From the NCBI RefSeq assembly GCF_041146345.1, contig NW_027191413.1, positions 1,302,001 through 1,366,000 on the forward strand: DNA of 64,000 nt, in the 5' to 3' direction. The position numbers and the translations under genes were made by a program. The DNA is from Neodothiora populina. Lineage: Eukaryota. A model generated the notes under the pieces. That model was not told where the DNA came from and did no database searches. It saw only the letters and a list, made by a program, of their open reading frames with translations. Each line of letters begins with the position of its first letter. The first letter of the stretch is position 1. Shown one piece after another: positions 10,165 to 21,018 of the stretch.

Positions 10165-10659
10165 ATGACGCCTGACGAAACCTCTGCTTTGAACAGGAAC
10201 AACGCTGCCCGTAAGACAAAGGGTTGTCCACCACTTCACTGGGACGCCAACCTTGCCCGAGAAGCTACGGCGTATGCCCAAAAGCTCGCTAGCACACGAG
10301 AAATGGTCCACTCTGGCACGAAGGGCGAAGGCGAGAACCTTTACATGACATCGCCGCGCAATGATCCCTTAGACGCTGGTGTCAAGGCCTGGCTGGATGA
10401 AGCTGCAAATTACCATGGACAGAAAATTGGAGAAGGTGACTTTGGAAGTTATGGCCATTACAGTGAGTGTATTATCCCTATTCGAGAGCGCTTGGTTTCT
10501 ACGATCAAGATGAGATATACTGACAGCAACCTAGCCCAATGCATGTGGAAAAGCACTACTCATGTCGGATTGGGCCATGCCAAAGATTCAAAGGGCGATA
10601 TCTGGGTTGTAGGGAGATTCACCCCACCAGGTAACTGGACAGGGCAGAAGCCGTATTGA
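10165..10659 (+). CDS. CAP/SCP (PR-1-like) protein, 140 aa after splicing, no signal peptide
   Basis: Motifs PLHW, HSG..GENL, W-x-DE, GHYTQCMW and FTPPGN. The 72-nt intron 10463-10534 (GTGAGT..CTGAC..TAG) restores GHYTQ. TATAAG at 10091-10096. Confidence 0.92.
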   Translation: MTPDETSALNRNNAARKTKGCPPLHWDANLAREATAYAQKLASTREMVHSGTKGEGENLYMTSPRNDPLDAGVKAWLDEAANYHGQKIGEGDFGSYGHYSECIIPIRERLVSTIKMRYTDSNLAQCMWKSTTHVGLGHAKDSKGDIWVVGRFTPPGNWTGQKPY

Positions 10660-11421
10660 AGAGAGTTGCATCATAATGTTCGAATTCCTTAGCTATCAAC
10701 ACAAAATTGCTCAAGTACAGCATAATACCTAGTTGCAACATATAGACGAATGATGAAGACATCAGATATCCTACCGCTGTGATATGAAGTCAGAAGCAGC
10801 GTGACTCAGCAATTGTGGGGTCGTACTAGACTCGGCGCTTAAACAAGCCGGGAACGGTGACCTGAACCTACATTAAGGTACCAAATGGACCACAGCTGCC
10901 GCCTTGTGAACGAGGGGTCCATTCTTATTGTCCTTGATCAATGGGGTGAGACCTATCGTCTTCAAATCGGATCTTCTGGAACCAGTCCGTGATAATATTC
11001 GCATCAGCACAAGAGTTGACGACACCCCATTTTTGCTTCTGATCTTACGAACATACTTTCATATCGAAGCACTGAAGTCGTTACACAGTGCTCCGTATTA
11101 CTTCGAGCTATTAGGGCGCGATAAAGTAAATACCCACGACACAGGTGCTTCTCACAGCTATATTTACTGTACCTGTGTAAGTTCGAGACATCTTATTCAA
11201 TCATTGTAGAAACGTCAAATACAATGCAAAGCCACACACTCGTCATTCCGAGTATTATATTGCACGCAGATATTACATAATGTTGCGGTCCCTCGAACTT
11301 TATGCATGAAGCCTTACCTCCGGCCTTTTTTGATTGATGCTGACATGTTTAGTTTGACTGCAGACGTGAATCAGTCGGACTTTTGACACACTACAAAAGT
11401 GTTCTTCTCAAGTGCATAGAC

Positions 11422-12681
11422 ATGGCGATTCCTCGTCTCAATGTGAATGGCCTGCCTGGTGCTTCGGCGGAACAGGCAGCCGCTACGCAGTCCCCAGCAC
11501 GAGGCAAGGAAATGAGAGCAAATCTATTGTCAAAGTTACGTCCGCCACCCTTGGTACATTCATGGGACTTCTGGCACGATCGCCAGAATCGCCAGGAACG
11601 TAGAAAGGACGCAAGCAAGGACTCCAAGCCCTCCGAGGCCGAGGGATTTGCCAATGAGTCTGAACTAAGTGCAGCCGCAAGGGAAGGACTAGAAAGTCAC
11701 AAGTATGAAGATCGCCTTGTGCACCTTGCAGAAGTGACAGACGTCCGCGCTTTCTGGAACTTGTTCAACAACTTTGATATCTCGACGCTCCCACTGCGTG
11801 ACTCGGTCCACCTCTTCCACAGAGGTGTAAAACCCGTATGGGAAGACGCACGCAACGCTCGAGGCGGCGCCTGGACATTTCGAGTGCCGAAGGAGAAGGC
11901 ACAGGAATTCTGGAAGCAGATCTGTATGCTGGCTATAGGCGAACGCCTTCAGGCAGCAGTAGAAAGCGAACGGAAAACCTTCCGCGATGACATCTGCGGC
12001 GTGTCTCTCAGTGTACGCTTTACCAGCACCCTGATCCAGATCTGGAATCGCGACGCAAGACACGAAGAAGGAATCGCCATGATCCTCTCTACGGTTCTCG
12101 AAAACATCAGTCCAGAGCTTAAGCCTAAGGAAAACAGCTACTACTACAAACCACACGATGAGCATGCTGGTTTCAACACCAATGCGGCGCCCAGTGGCGA
12201 ATTCTCCCCACAAGAAAATAGAGATATGTCTCCACCACCAGGCACAAGCCACGGACCTCAGACTTACCGAATGGACACAGGAGAAGCAGCATCTCGACCT
12301 ATAGAAGTGCAGGGCATGCAAGACCAAACCAATAAGGAGCAGAGTGGAAGAACGCTGCCAACATTCCCACGGTCTACTAAAGGCGTTGGCTTGATGTCTA
12401 CCAGGCCGGGCCAGGGCCTTGACGAGTCGAAGACGGCGGAGATTGTCTCGAGGGTAGCGCCTCCAGGACTCAAGGGCGAGCAGTCAGGGGTTGGAGATGG
12501 GGGCGATCCATTAGCAGCTGTAGCAAAGGGCACTGGGTACTATGGGCAGGACGAGGCGGTAAAAGACATCGAAGAAAGTCTGACCAGTATGAAAGAAGCT
12601 ATGGACAAGATTGCAGAAAAGGATCATCACATTCAGGGGATCGAGGGACAAGAAGTGGATGAAAAGATGACTGACGGCTAG
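11422..12681 (+). CDS. Translation initiation factor eIF4E family protein (class II/4EHP-like) with long C-terminal extension
   Basis: PPLVHSWDFWHDR, YEDRL (Tyr at the Trp56-equivalent position), FWNLFNNF, LFHRGVKPVWED..NARGGAW, DDICGVSLSVR, IQIWN. The first in-frame ATG is 11422; upstream exons are not excluded. Confidence 0.88.
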   Translation: MAIPRLNVNGLPGASAEQAAATQSPARGKEMRANLLSKLRPPPLVHSWDFWHDRQNRQERRKDASKDSKPSEAEGFANESELSAAAREGLESHKYEDRLVHLAEVTDVRAFWNLFNNFDISTLPLRDSVHLFHRGVKPVWEDARNARGGAWTFRVPKEKAQEFWKQICMLAIGERLQAAVESERKTFRDDICGVSLSVRFTSTLIQIWNRDARHEEGIAMILSTVLENISPELKPKENSYYYKPHDEHAGFNTNAAPSGEFSPQENRDMSPPPGTSHGPQTYRMDTGEAASRPIEVQGMQDQTNKEQSGRTLPTFPRSTKGVGLMSTRPGQGLDESKTAEIVSRVAPPGLKGEQSGVGDGGDPLAAVAKGTGYYGQDEAVKDIEESLTSMKEAMDKIAEKDHHIQGIEGQEVDEKMTDG

Positions 12682-13384
12682 CCAGTCAAGAGGTGGGGCT
12701 AGAGGTTGTCTTTGCGCCAGTCTTATTTACATTCAGATCAGACGCCTACGATTGAGCGTGCACGGTGCCAGCGGATCTACTCTTGAAACGTGTCGCGTAG
12801 TGGTCGATAGATGTGACAGTTAAAGTATGGACGAATCATATTTCGTCACTCCAAGTTTACCCAGTCAGTACTGAGACTATAGTGACACTGTTAGATTTTC
12901 AGCATCTAGAAGGATACATTCCGAGAAGGCATATATCCGCCCAACAGTATAGCGTGGTGTGGGTTGAGCACGTCGCAATCTGATGTTTCTTTGTATAGAC
13001 GTTATGATTTCCGAAAGCGGGAAGGCGTGCACCGCCACAGCGCGCATGCCGCAAGGACCTGAGTTGTTGTATTACGAATGCGTAAAGGCGGACATTTGTC
13101 GCCCATACACTCTTTATCTACCTCCCGAAACCATTCACAGTCAGTCTGGGCAGAGAACAGTAAGTTCGCGGTTTTATAGTTGTCTCTGGAGTGGTTCTGA
13201 TCATGCATTATTGCAGACTTGAAGCCTTTGCATAAATCTATAATTATCGGCACCTTTGTATAAGTGCGAAGCAAGTAGCAGGAACAGATAGAGAAGTGGC
13301 AGCGGCAGCGACAACAGGAGCAGCAAGGAGGGAGAGAAAGAGCTAAACAGACACATACCATGAGCAGGTGAACAACCAACGAGT

Positions 13385-15472
13385 ATGGCCACACTTGCGC
13401 GCGAATACTCTCCGCCGCCGTCTCCTTCTTTCTCGCGGAGATGTAAGATATGGGCGCGACGCGGGGAGTGCATCTGCTGCGTGACACTTGCCTATTTCCC
13501 TTTATTCTTCGTCAGTGGATTGATGACTTGGGCTGTCTGGGTCGAGGTGACTACGTCGCTACTGCCGTCGCCCAAGACGGAATCGGATTCAGCTACCAAC
13601 ACCGGTCTATTCACTGCCTTCCTGGGCTGTCTCTTATACCTTCTCACACTCAGCTCGTACTTTACCGCCGTCTTTACCAGTCCAGGGTCTCCCCTCGACC
13701 CACCATCCTCGCGCAAATCGAAAAAAGGAGGAAGGTCTGGAGGGGGCGCATATTCGAGTCTACCAACCCACGAAGAACCGGAGCCGCATACGCATACCGA
13801 GTTGGGCTTCGTCTCGCTCACAGCCAAGACTGATGGCCGACCGCGGTACTGTAAGAAGTGTGCCGTCACCAAACCCGATCGTACACATCATTGCTCTACT
13901 TGCAATCGATGCGTTCTGAAAATGGACCATCACTGTCCCTGGTTGGCGACCTGTGTCGGCCTGCGCAACTACAAAGCCTTCCTCTTGTTTCTCATCTACG
14001 TCAGTGTTTTCTGCTGGCTGTGTTTCCCCGTGGCTGGTAGCTGGGTATGGGGTGAGATTATGGACTCGAACATAGAGGTTGATGAAGGCGTCATGGTCGT
14101 CAATGTCATCATGCTAGCAGTCCTCTCTGGCATTCTGGGTCTGGTCCTGACTGGTTTTGCCGCCTGGCATTGCTACCTAGCCTACAGAGGCCAAACCACC
14201 ATCGAAAGTCTGGAGAAAACGAGATATCTGTCACCATTGAAGAAGAGTATGGAGAGGCAATTTCAACGCCATCGCAATGCTGGTCGCCATTATCTCGGGG
14301 ACGACGATGGAGATGCCATGGCCGGCGACGACGGCGTTCACGACCGAGAGACGGTCGGGGAACAGCTCAAGGAAATTCATGCGAACATGCTTCCCGGAGT
14401 CACTCGACCCGAGGAAGGCCTCGAAACACCATACTCAAATCGCTCGCCAGCAGGTACACCTTTGCCGCGCCAGAACTTCTCCTCATCATCCCCTGCGCAG
14501 TCTGCGTTGAGGAGAAACTACGCTGACATCGAAGCCGATCGTGAGCGCGATCGCTACTCGGCCTACCTCGACGAGCTGGACTCGGAAAAGCTACCGCACG
14601 CCTTCGATCTCGGCTGGCGACGAAATCTACATTTGCTTTTCGGTGACAACCCTCTGCTATGGCCTCTTCCCATCTGCAACACCCTCGGCGACGGCTGGCA
14701 TTGGGAAGTGAGCGATACATGGTTACGCAGGCGCGACGAGATCGCCGCAGAGAGACGCAGACGCGACGAAGCTGAGACTGCCAGAATGCGAGCAGCAGGC
14801 TGGGGCGTCGACGAGGAGGACGACGAGCGGTCCAGGAACGCGGTGCCCACGCTCCGTGGACACTTCGAGACATCAGGCGCCGGTCGACATTACCAGACCG
14901 GGCCCATCACGAGCAACAACAACAATTACAGAACTGGAAACGGCAATCTCGACGTGCCCGCGCCATGGCACGATCATAACCATCCCAACCAGACGCCCTG
15001 GTCACCATCGTGGGCCGAAGCCGATGACGACGACGATCTGAACGCCGAGTTCGACGACGCAGCCGAAGAAGACGACGAACAAGTGCGAGAAGACGCCGCG
15101 TACCGCCGCTATCTCACCACGACAGCCGGCGTGGCAACTGTCCCTAATCGCGGTCGCAGAAGCACGAGCAAAGCAGACAAACTACTAGGACGGCCCAGTG
15201 GTGTCTTCAATCCGTCCGCATACTATGTATCAGAAAGCGTGTCGCGAGAGAGGAGGCCAGGCACTTCCGGGGCCGGCGCGGACGAGTACGACACTTCGTC
15301 TGACGAAGCGGACATCCTGAGAGGTCGGGGAGCCGGTGGTCCCGCGACCTCCACTGGTGATTGGAACGATATACCCGAAGATATGTTTCTTGGTTCTGGA
15401 GGCGGTGCTGCTGACGGGAAAAGTGCAAGGAGCAAGAGAGACCGGAGCTCTACGAGGACAAAGGGTGACTGA
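13385..15472 (+). CDS. PFA3: DHHC palmitoyltransferase Pfa3-like
   Basis: CKKC..KPDRTHHCSTCNRCVLKMDHHCPW Cys-rich domain, four TM segments, TTIE motif, and fungal Pfa3-like LPHAFDLGWRRNL..GDGW-x-W. Confidence 0.88.
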   Translation: MATLAREYSPPPSPSFSRRCKIWARRGECICCVTLAYFPLFFVSGLMTWAVWVEVTTSLLPSPKTESDSATNTGLFTAFLGCLLYLLTLSSYFTAVFTSPGSPLDPPSSRKSKKGGRSGGGAYSSLPTHEEPEPHTHTELGFVSLTAKTDGRPRYCKKCAVTKPDRTHHCSTCNRCVLKMDHHCPWLATCVGLRNYKAFLLFLIYVSVFCWLCFPVAGSWVWGEIMDSNIEVDEGVMVVNVIMLAVLSGILGLVLTGFAAWHCYLAYRGQTTIESLEKTRYLSPLKKSMERQFQRHRNAGRHYLGDDDGDAMAGDDGVHDRETVGEQLKEIHANMLPGVTRPEEGLETPYSNRSPAGTPLPRQNFSSSSPAQSALRRNYADIEADRERDRYSAYLDELDSEKLPHAFDLGWRRNLHLLFGDNPLLWPLPICNTLGDGWHWEVSDTWLRRRDEIAAERRRRDEAETARMRAAGWGVDEEDDERSRNAVPTLRGHFETSGAGRHYQTGPITSNNNNYRTGNGNLDVPAPWHDHNHPNQTPWSPSWAEADDDDDLNAEFDDAAEEDDEQVREDAAYRRYLTTTAGVATVPNRGRRSTSKADKLLGRPSGVFNPSAYYVSESVSRERRPGTSGAGADEYDTSSDEADILRGRGAGGPATSTGDWNDIPEDMFLGSGGGAADGKSARSKRDRSSTRTKGD

Positions 15473-15837
15473 TGCCAAAGGTAGTTCGTCTTCGTCGTCG
15501 GCGGCGATGTAATATTTGTCTTGTTCTTTTGACTGCCAGTGGCTACTGTACATGTCTGAATCTGCATTGCGTAGCTTGGGCCATTTGCTTATAACATCAT
15601 GTTTTATTCTCTTATGTTCCTTTCTGAGCCATCATGAAGAGGACCGAATAACTACAGAACATATGCGACCACTGTCTTGGCCCTTGAAGAGCGCCGGTCA
15701 ACTAAGTAATATGTCACTTCAACTATAGGAGAATATGGATATATTTGCCTTACTGGAAGCAGGCTTTTCCACTCACTTACCCTTCGCTATCAATACAGAG
15801 AATAGCCCGCCATGGCGCAGATGGCTATAAGAGCCTT

Positions 15838-15913
15838 ACAAGGCCAACACCACCACAAGGCTAAAACCACCCCACGGCTAACACCACCACAAGGCTAACA
15901 TCACCACAAGGCT
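15838..15913 (+). repeat. 17-bp tandem minisatellite (consensus ACAAGGCTAACACCACC), about 4.5 copies
   Basis: Units start at 15838, 15855, 15872, 15889 and 15906. Confidence 0.9.
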
Positions 15914-16911
15914 TGGCTTCGCTGCCTCGAACCAAACGCCGGCTCCCTGGGTATCTCAGCAAAAGTCCCTACATTTGTCGACCGTGAGGAATAGTATATG
16001 ACCGAGCTCGAAGATCGTCCGATACTGTATAGCACCACTAGGTCCAAACCGTCGCAACAAGCACGCCTCGGTGGTATCTCGTGCCCCGGATCATGACCTA
16101 CCCTTGATGCATCTCCATCGAATCACTTTGGCTTCCTATTGCGGGTGAACGATGTTGATGTAAGACCGCACAAGTCTGGAGAGCTCGACCGGTTGCGTCG
16201 ACGAAGGGGGCTAAACGGCCGCGGACGGTGATACCAATACTGGTTCTGGAAAACCTGAGGCCGATGATAGTAATAGACTCGGCCTCTTGCCGCGTCTGCA
16301 TAACCATACTTAACGATAGACAAAGTTGTTGAGTGATAGTAAATAATGATGTTAACTATGGAAAAATGGTATAACGATAGTAAGTTGTTGACAGACGCAG
16401 AAACCGACTCTCCGGAGCAGCAATCAATAGTATGTTCATTTAATGCCCACAGTTGTATTCTGAGCAGGAACGACTGACACTGGGCTTACCTCATAGTACA
16501 TCATGGACACGAGATATCACTATGCCTTCATTCGGCTGCTTCACAACCGGACGCGCCGTGTGCTGGGAAGTCCTGTATCAGAGTCAGGGCAGTATGAATC
16601 AACAATCAGGCGACTCGACGCGTCCAATTAGCACGACATGGCATCGAACACAATCAGCGTCATGCCCTGCAAAGCCTAAACCATGTCTTCACATGCGTCA
16701 ACATCGAATCGCTCACCTACCTCACGTCGCCTTGCATTTAACTTGCTACAAGCGAGCTTTCTCCATGCTGTGCAGTTTGCCAAGCATCGAGTGAGTGAAT
16801 ATAAATACTGAGATGTAAGGTAAGCATTGATGATCTCTACTCCTACTTCACTATCGCAATTCTATCTCAATTGCTTCTATCACAGCACGCATCAATATTC
16901 GAGTCGCTGCT

Positions 16912-17910
16912 ATGATGTTTGGCTTAATTCGTAGATTCGCCGCTAGAGTGTTTGACCTAGGCCATGTTCCTGCAGACACTGTCATAACAGCTGGAGTCCA
17001 ATCAGATGAAACCGGCCACAAAGATGCTCCTCCACCATACACTCAATTTCCGACGCCTATTGAAAGTCAAGCTCAACATACAGAAGGTGGTCCATACCAG
17101 TCAAGCCGATCTGTAGAGCCGGTACACATACTTCCTCCTAGATGTGTGGCCCGTTCCTCTTTAGAATTCCCCTCTGTACAATGTTTTTACATACGGGAAA
17201 GGTTGAGCAAGCTCGAGCATGCCAACATGGTGGCTTGGGACAGGTCCGGAAGACCCTTCCCACGCCTACCAGATCACGAAGTTCGGCCGCTCGAACGCCT
17301 TCACGACGTCTCCACATGGGCACCATCTGTGCCATCACCATTGGTATCTCCACCTGATGGAACCAGCACTCCAAGCAACGCACGAACAACGATTTGCCAT
17401 TTCCAAGGTATCAGGTCAGGGATACAGTCTTGCTCACGGAAGAGACCACACTTTCTACAAGCCGAGATAGCACGCCTTTTATCATTGCCTCTTTCAGACG
17501 TCGCGAAATCGAAGATATTGTCCGCTGCATATCCAGAATTTCGTCAACTTGACCCGGGTAATCCTTACAGCGGAGAAGTCCAAGCCGAATTTCTGACACT
17601 GAATGGAGTACTCTATGTGGTCGAAGACGTCATATTCCGCGGATGGTCGATTGACGAGGTGCGATTGCGGGTCAACGCCTCTGCGCGGATGACTTGGATG
17701 AAGCTGTGTGCACACTCTTTCACAGATCCGTATGTACGCCCCTTGTTGGACGCTCGATTCAGTGATCGGGAGTTTCAGGCATATCTCCTCGAACATGGCG
17801 GACTGCGCCGTATACTATGGGAAAAGACTGAATCGAAGATCGAGGCAGATTGTGTTTGTCATGATTGCAAAGTTGATTACGTTATTGGAGCATGTGAAGG
17901 AATTCGCTAG
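16912..17910 (+). CDS. Hypothetical protein (332 aa), no recognised family
   Basis: Long intronless ATG-initiated ORF with a TATAAA at about 16800 and a C-terminal CVCHDC motif; no family motif recognised. Confidence 0.55.
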   Translation: MMFGLIRRFAARVFDLGHVPADTVITAGVQSDETGHKDAPPPYTQFPTPIESQAQHTEGGPYQSSRSVEPVHILPPRCVARSSLEFPSVQCFYIRERLSKLEHANMVAWDRSGRPFPRLPDHEVRPLERLHDVSTWAPSVPSPLVSPPDGTSTPSNARTTICHFQGIRSGIQSCSRKRPHFLQAEIARLLSLPLSDVAKSKILSAAYPEFRQLDPGNPYSGEVQAEFLTLNGVLYVVEDVIFRGWSIDEVRLRVNASARMTWMKLCAHSFTDPYVRPLLDARFSDREFQAYLLEHGGLRRILWEKTESKIEADCVCHDCKVDYVIGACEGIR

Positions 17911-20900
17911 AGGACATGAGTATAGGTTTGTAGTGCAGATTCACACATCTCTGGGCTCGGGACGATCCATTAAATGAGACATCAGGGGATTGTGAATTAC
18001 CTTAAAAAATCATCTCCTATGTAGTATCCTAGACTATGGAACGATTCGCAAGGTAATCATATATTAATCGTACCTTTTGTATCTAATGTGACCGCATGTA
18101 CTACGAATTATTTAATTAAGGACGTGTAGTGTAGAAACCCTGAAGCAGATGACAGGTCTATCTAATCTGATCATGATTTGATGTCCCGCGTATACATACA
18201 GTATTATCACATAACGACTCGGCCTCATCAAGATAACAAAAGCAGATCGCACATTGGCATTCATGAACTCTATGCTATACAAGGTGATACATGCTGCAGC
18301 CGGTCAAAACGATTCCGTCGACAAACTGAGTGCAAGAAGTACTCGACGTAACATTCTGACACAGCGGAAAATATAGGAGATAGGCTTTCGGAGAGAGTGG
18401 ATAGGAGCATGAAAGGAGAGTGTCCCGCGAAGTCAGAACTTGTCTTAAGTCAAATGCATAATTGTGAGTAGAAATGCGAAGTCATGGCTGTAGACCGCGG
18501 GATGATGTGAAAGCGTAAGCTTCATATCACTAATAGACGTCCGAACAATTATCAGGTTTGCATTAATGGCTATAACGAAGCGCACTAGTAACACAACATG
18601 CTGACATACCGACCCGGTCTCTTCAAGGTCAACATTCAATCATCCGACAGCACAACATCAGATGACACCGCCCCGGTTGCAACCGAACAAGGTCTCGCCT
18701 CCGACAAAAAAATGTTATGCGAATCAAAATCTAATTATAAATCTATACTTCCAATCCCTTGTCCACTCCACTCCACTCCACTCCGCGTTATTGACGTCCC
18801 TCCCCCCTTTTCCACGTTCCCCACTCTCCGCCGTTATATCAACGACAACAACAAACATCATAACAACAAAGCCCCGTTCGCCGCCTAACGGATCGAGGAA
18901 GGATGAACAAAGAACAAAAGACATATCAGCACGGTGCATAGAAGCGACCTTAACTTGATGTCATCGATAGCATAATCGATGGATACGATACAAAGTACTG
19001 TACCTGTAGATAGCGATTGGGAAAATAATTCCTCGGTCTAAATACAGGTATGGAAAGAACAGTCGGCACGCGTCTCGGTCATAGCCAAGGCTCTCTGCAA
19101 CGTTGGATGGCAAAAGGCAGGTTCTCACGTACCAGGGCTTGATAGGTACTTAGGTGGCATTGCCACAACAGAATGAACTACTGATGCACTGAATACTACA
19201 TGCACGACTCCGGCAAACGATATTCAGATTTATTAGGTAGGTGTGCGAAAGCAAGGAACGAACAACAAGTGAGAAAGCACGGGCACATGCAATCCAATGC
19301 AAGCAAAGAGACATCAACCAGGTTCATGTGAAATTAAGCATATGCAAACCAAGAGTCTTATAACTCTTTTCCTCCTCGGATAAGCCTGGGCCAAGCAGAA
19401 CAGAGTAGACCAAGGCATTGCAAGCAAGCCCCTTTACCATACCTTCTTCCTGCGCGGACTCCAGAAACGGGGCGACAGGGCCCAGGCGCACTCGCGCGTG
19501 TGTGGGCTCATCAAGTATGCATTCGCCGAGGAAGCCAGAAGCAAGCAGTGGGTATACAGTATATGCATACGCCACATACATAGAGTAAGCAACGGTGTAC
19601 TGCCGGATCGAAGCGGATAAGTTCGATCGCAGGAAGACACAGAGGGCACCAGTAAAGAGAGAGAGTTGGGGCGGCCGAGGGAGTAATGCCAAGTACAGTA
19701 GAGAGAAGCAAGCGGCCAGCCAGCCCATGAGACCATCGAAGGTAATGCATGGCCGTTTCAGTCAACAAGAAATACCAAGGCTATAAGGACGACAGAAGAG
19801 CACCATTACCCGAACACAGACAGACGCACACGGACAGGAATGGGATGGGAAGGGAAGGACGGTTGGAAAGTCGCTCGACAGGAAACAAGATATTCCTTCC
19901 CGTGCGGTGCCCTTTTCTCGTATCAGACGTGTAGCGGCAGCAAGGCTCGCTGTTGGTGGCGTCGGTTGGAAAAGACGCTGGGCGATTAGGTAGATGGCTT
20001 GCCTCGAAGACGGTTTTTACTCGTGCAATCGCGCAATCGGTGATACAGTGATATAATAAAGATTAAGATAACTAAACGGTCGCCCGCCTAAGGCGCGGGT
20101 GACCGCGTTAAGTGACATCGTCCTGCTACTACTGCTACTCGTACAGATAACGGCTGAGAAAGAAAAAGTAACGAGAAGGGGGACAGCGAACGTCGAAAGT
20201 TCAACGAGTAGAAGGAACGGAAAGGAAGCAAGAAGGGGAAATGCAAGTCTTGTTTGTGGTGCTGCTTGTGTGTGCAGTAGCGACAGTTCAGACAAGAACA
20301 AGCGAACGAAAAACACTCGCTGAACGCGCCAGCATGCATAAAGCGAGGGGGAAAATAAGTAGAAAGGCGATTGTTCGCATTCGCAGAATGCGTACCTGGC
20401 TCTCGATGGAGAAAAAAACAACGATCTGCTTTGGCTTGATGGGAAAGAGGTTTAGAAAACAACAATTCTCCCAACTTGTGAGTTAAAAATCGACGACCAT
20501 CACTCTCTGAGGTTGATCCTCCTTTTGTACGCCTGTCCAACCTCCAAATCTTCTCTTGATCGTGGAACCCTATAACTGTCAACCTCCCTTCCTTCGTCAT
20601 CCTCTTTCCGTCCTTCTGGTATAGCAGTAGCGAGCATTTGTTTTTTCAAGGGTTCCGTTCCAACGCCGCCGACCAACACGCCGATAGACACTAATGTAAG
20701 GAGCCGAACCTACCCTTGAAGAGGGTAATGATGAAGAATGAAATACGAAATAAAAACATGAGCGGGTGCGACACATCGACATGATGATATGATATGATAA
20801 GGAAATCAAGTGGAAGCAGCAACAAATAAAGCTCGGGTATAACAAGAAATGAAAACAGTCTGAGACATAAGGAAATGGTAGGCCATGCTTTCGTAGCAGA

Positions 20901-21018
20901 TCCAAGGTCTGCATCCAACCCTTCCTTGACTTATTGCGGTACCCCGGAGCAACATGCCTGGAAGGTAGAAGAGGTCAGCTCGAGCCCAGCTCATTCGACC
21001 TGATCGTAGCACCGCTCC

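Noticed and set aside
3796..10659. Recent horizontal transfer of the whole cluster from bacteria
   Set aside because: Two of the four genes have spliceosomal introns, genes are on both strands with 0.7-1.2 kb spacers, and no mobile-element ends are visible. Ancient origin of single domains needs phylogeny.
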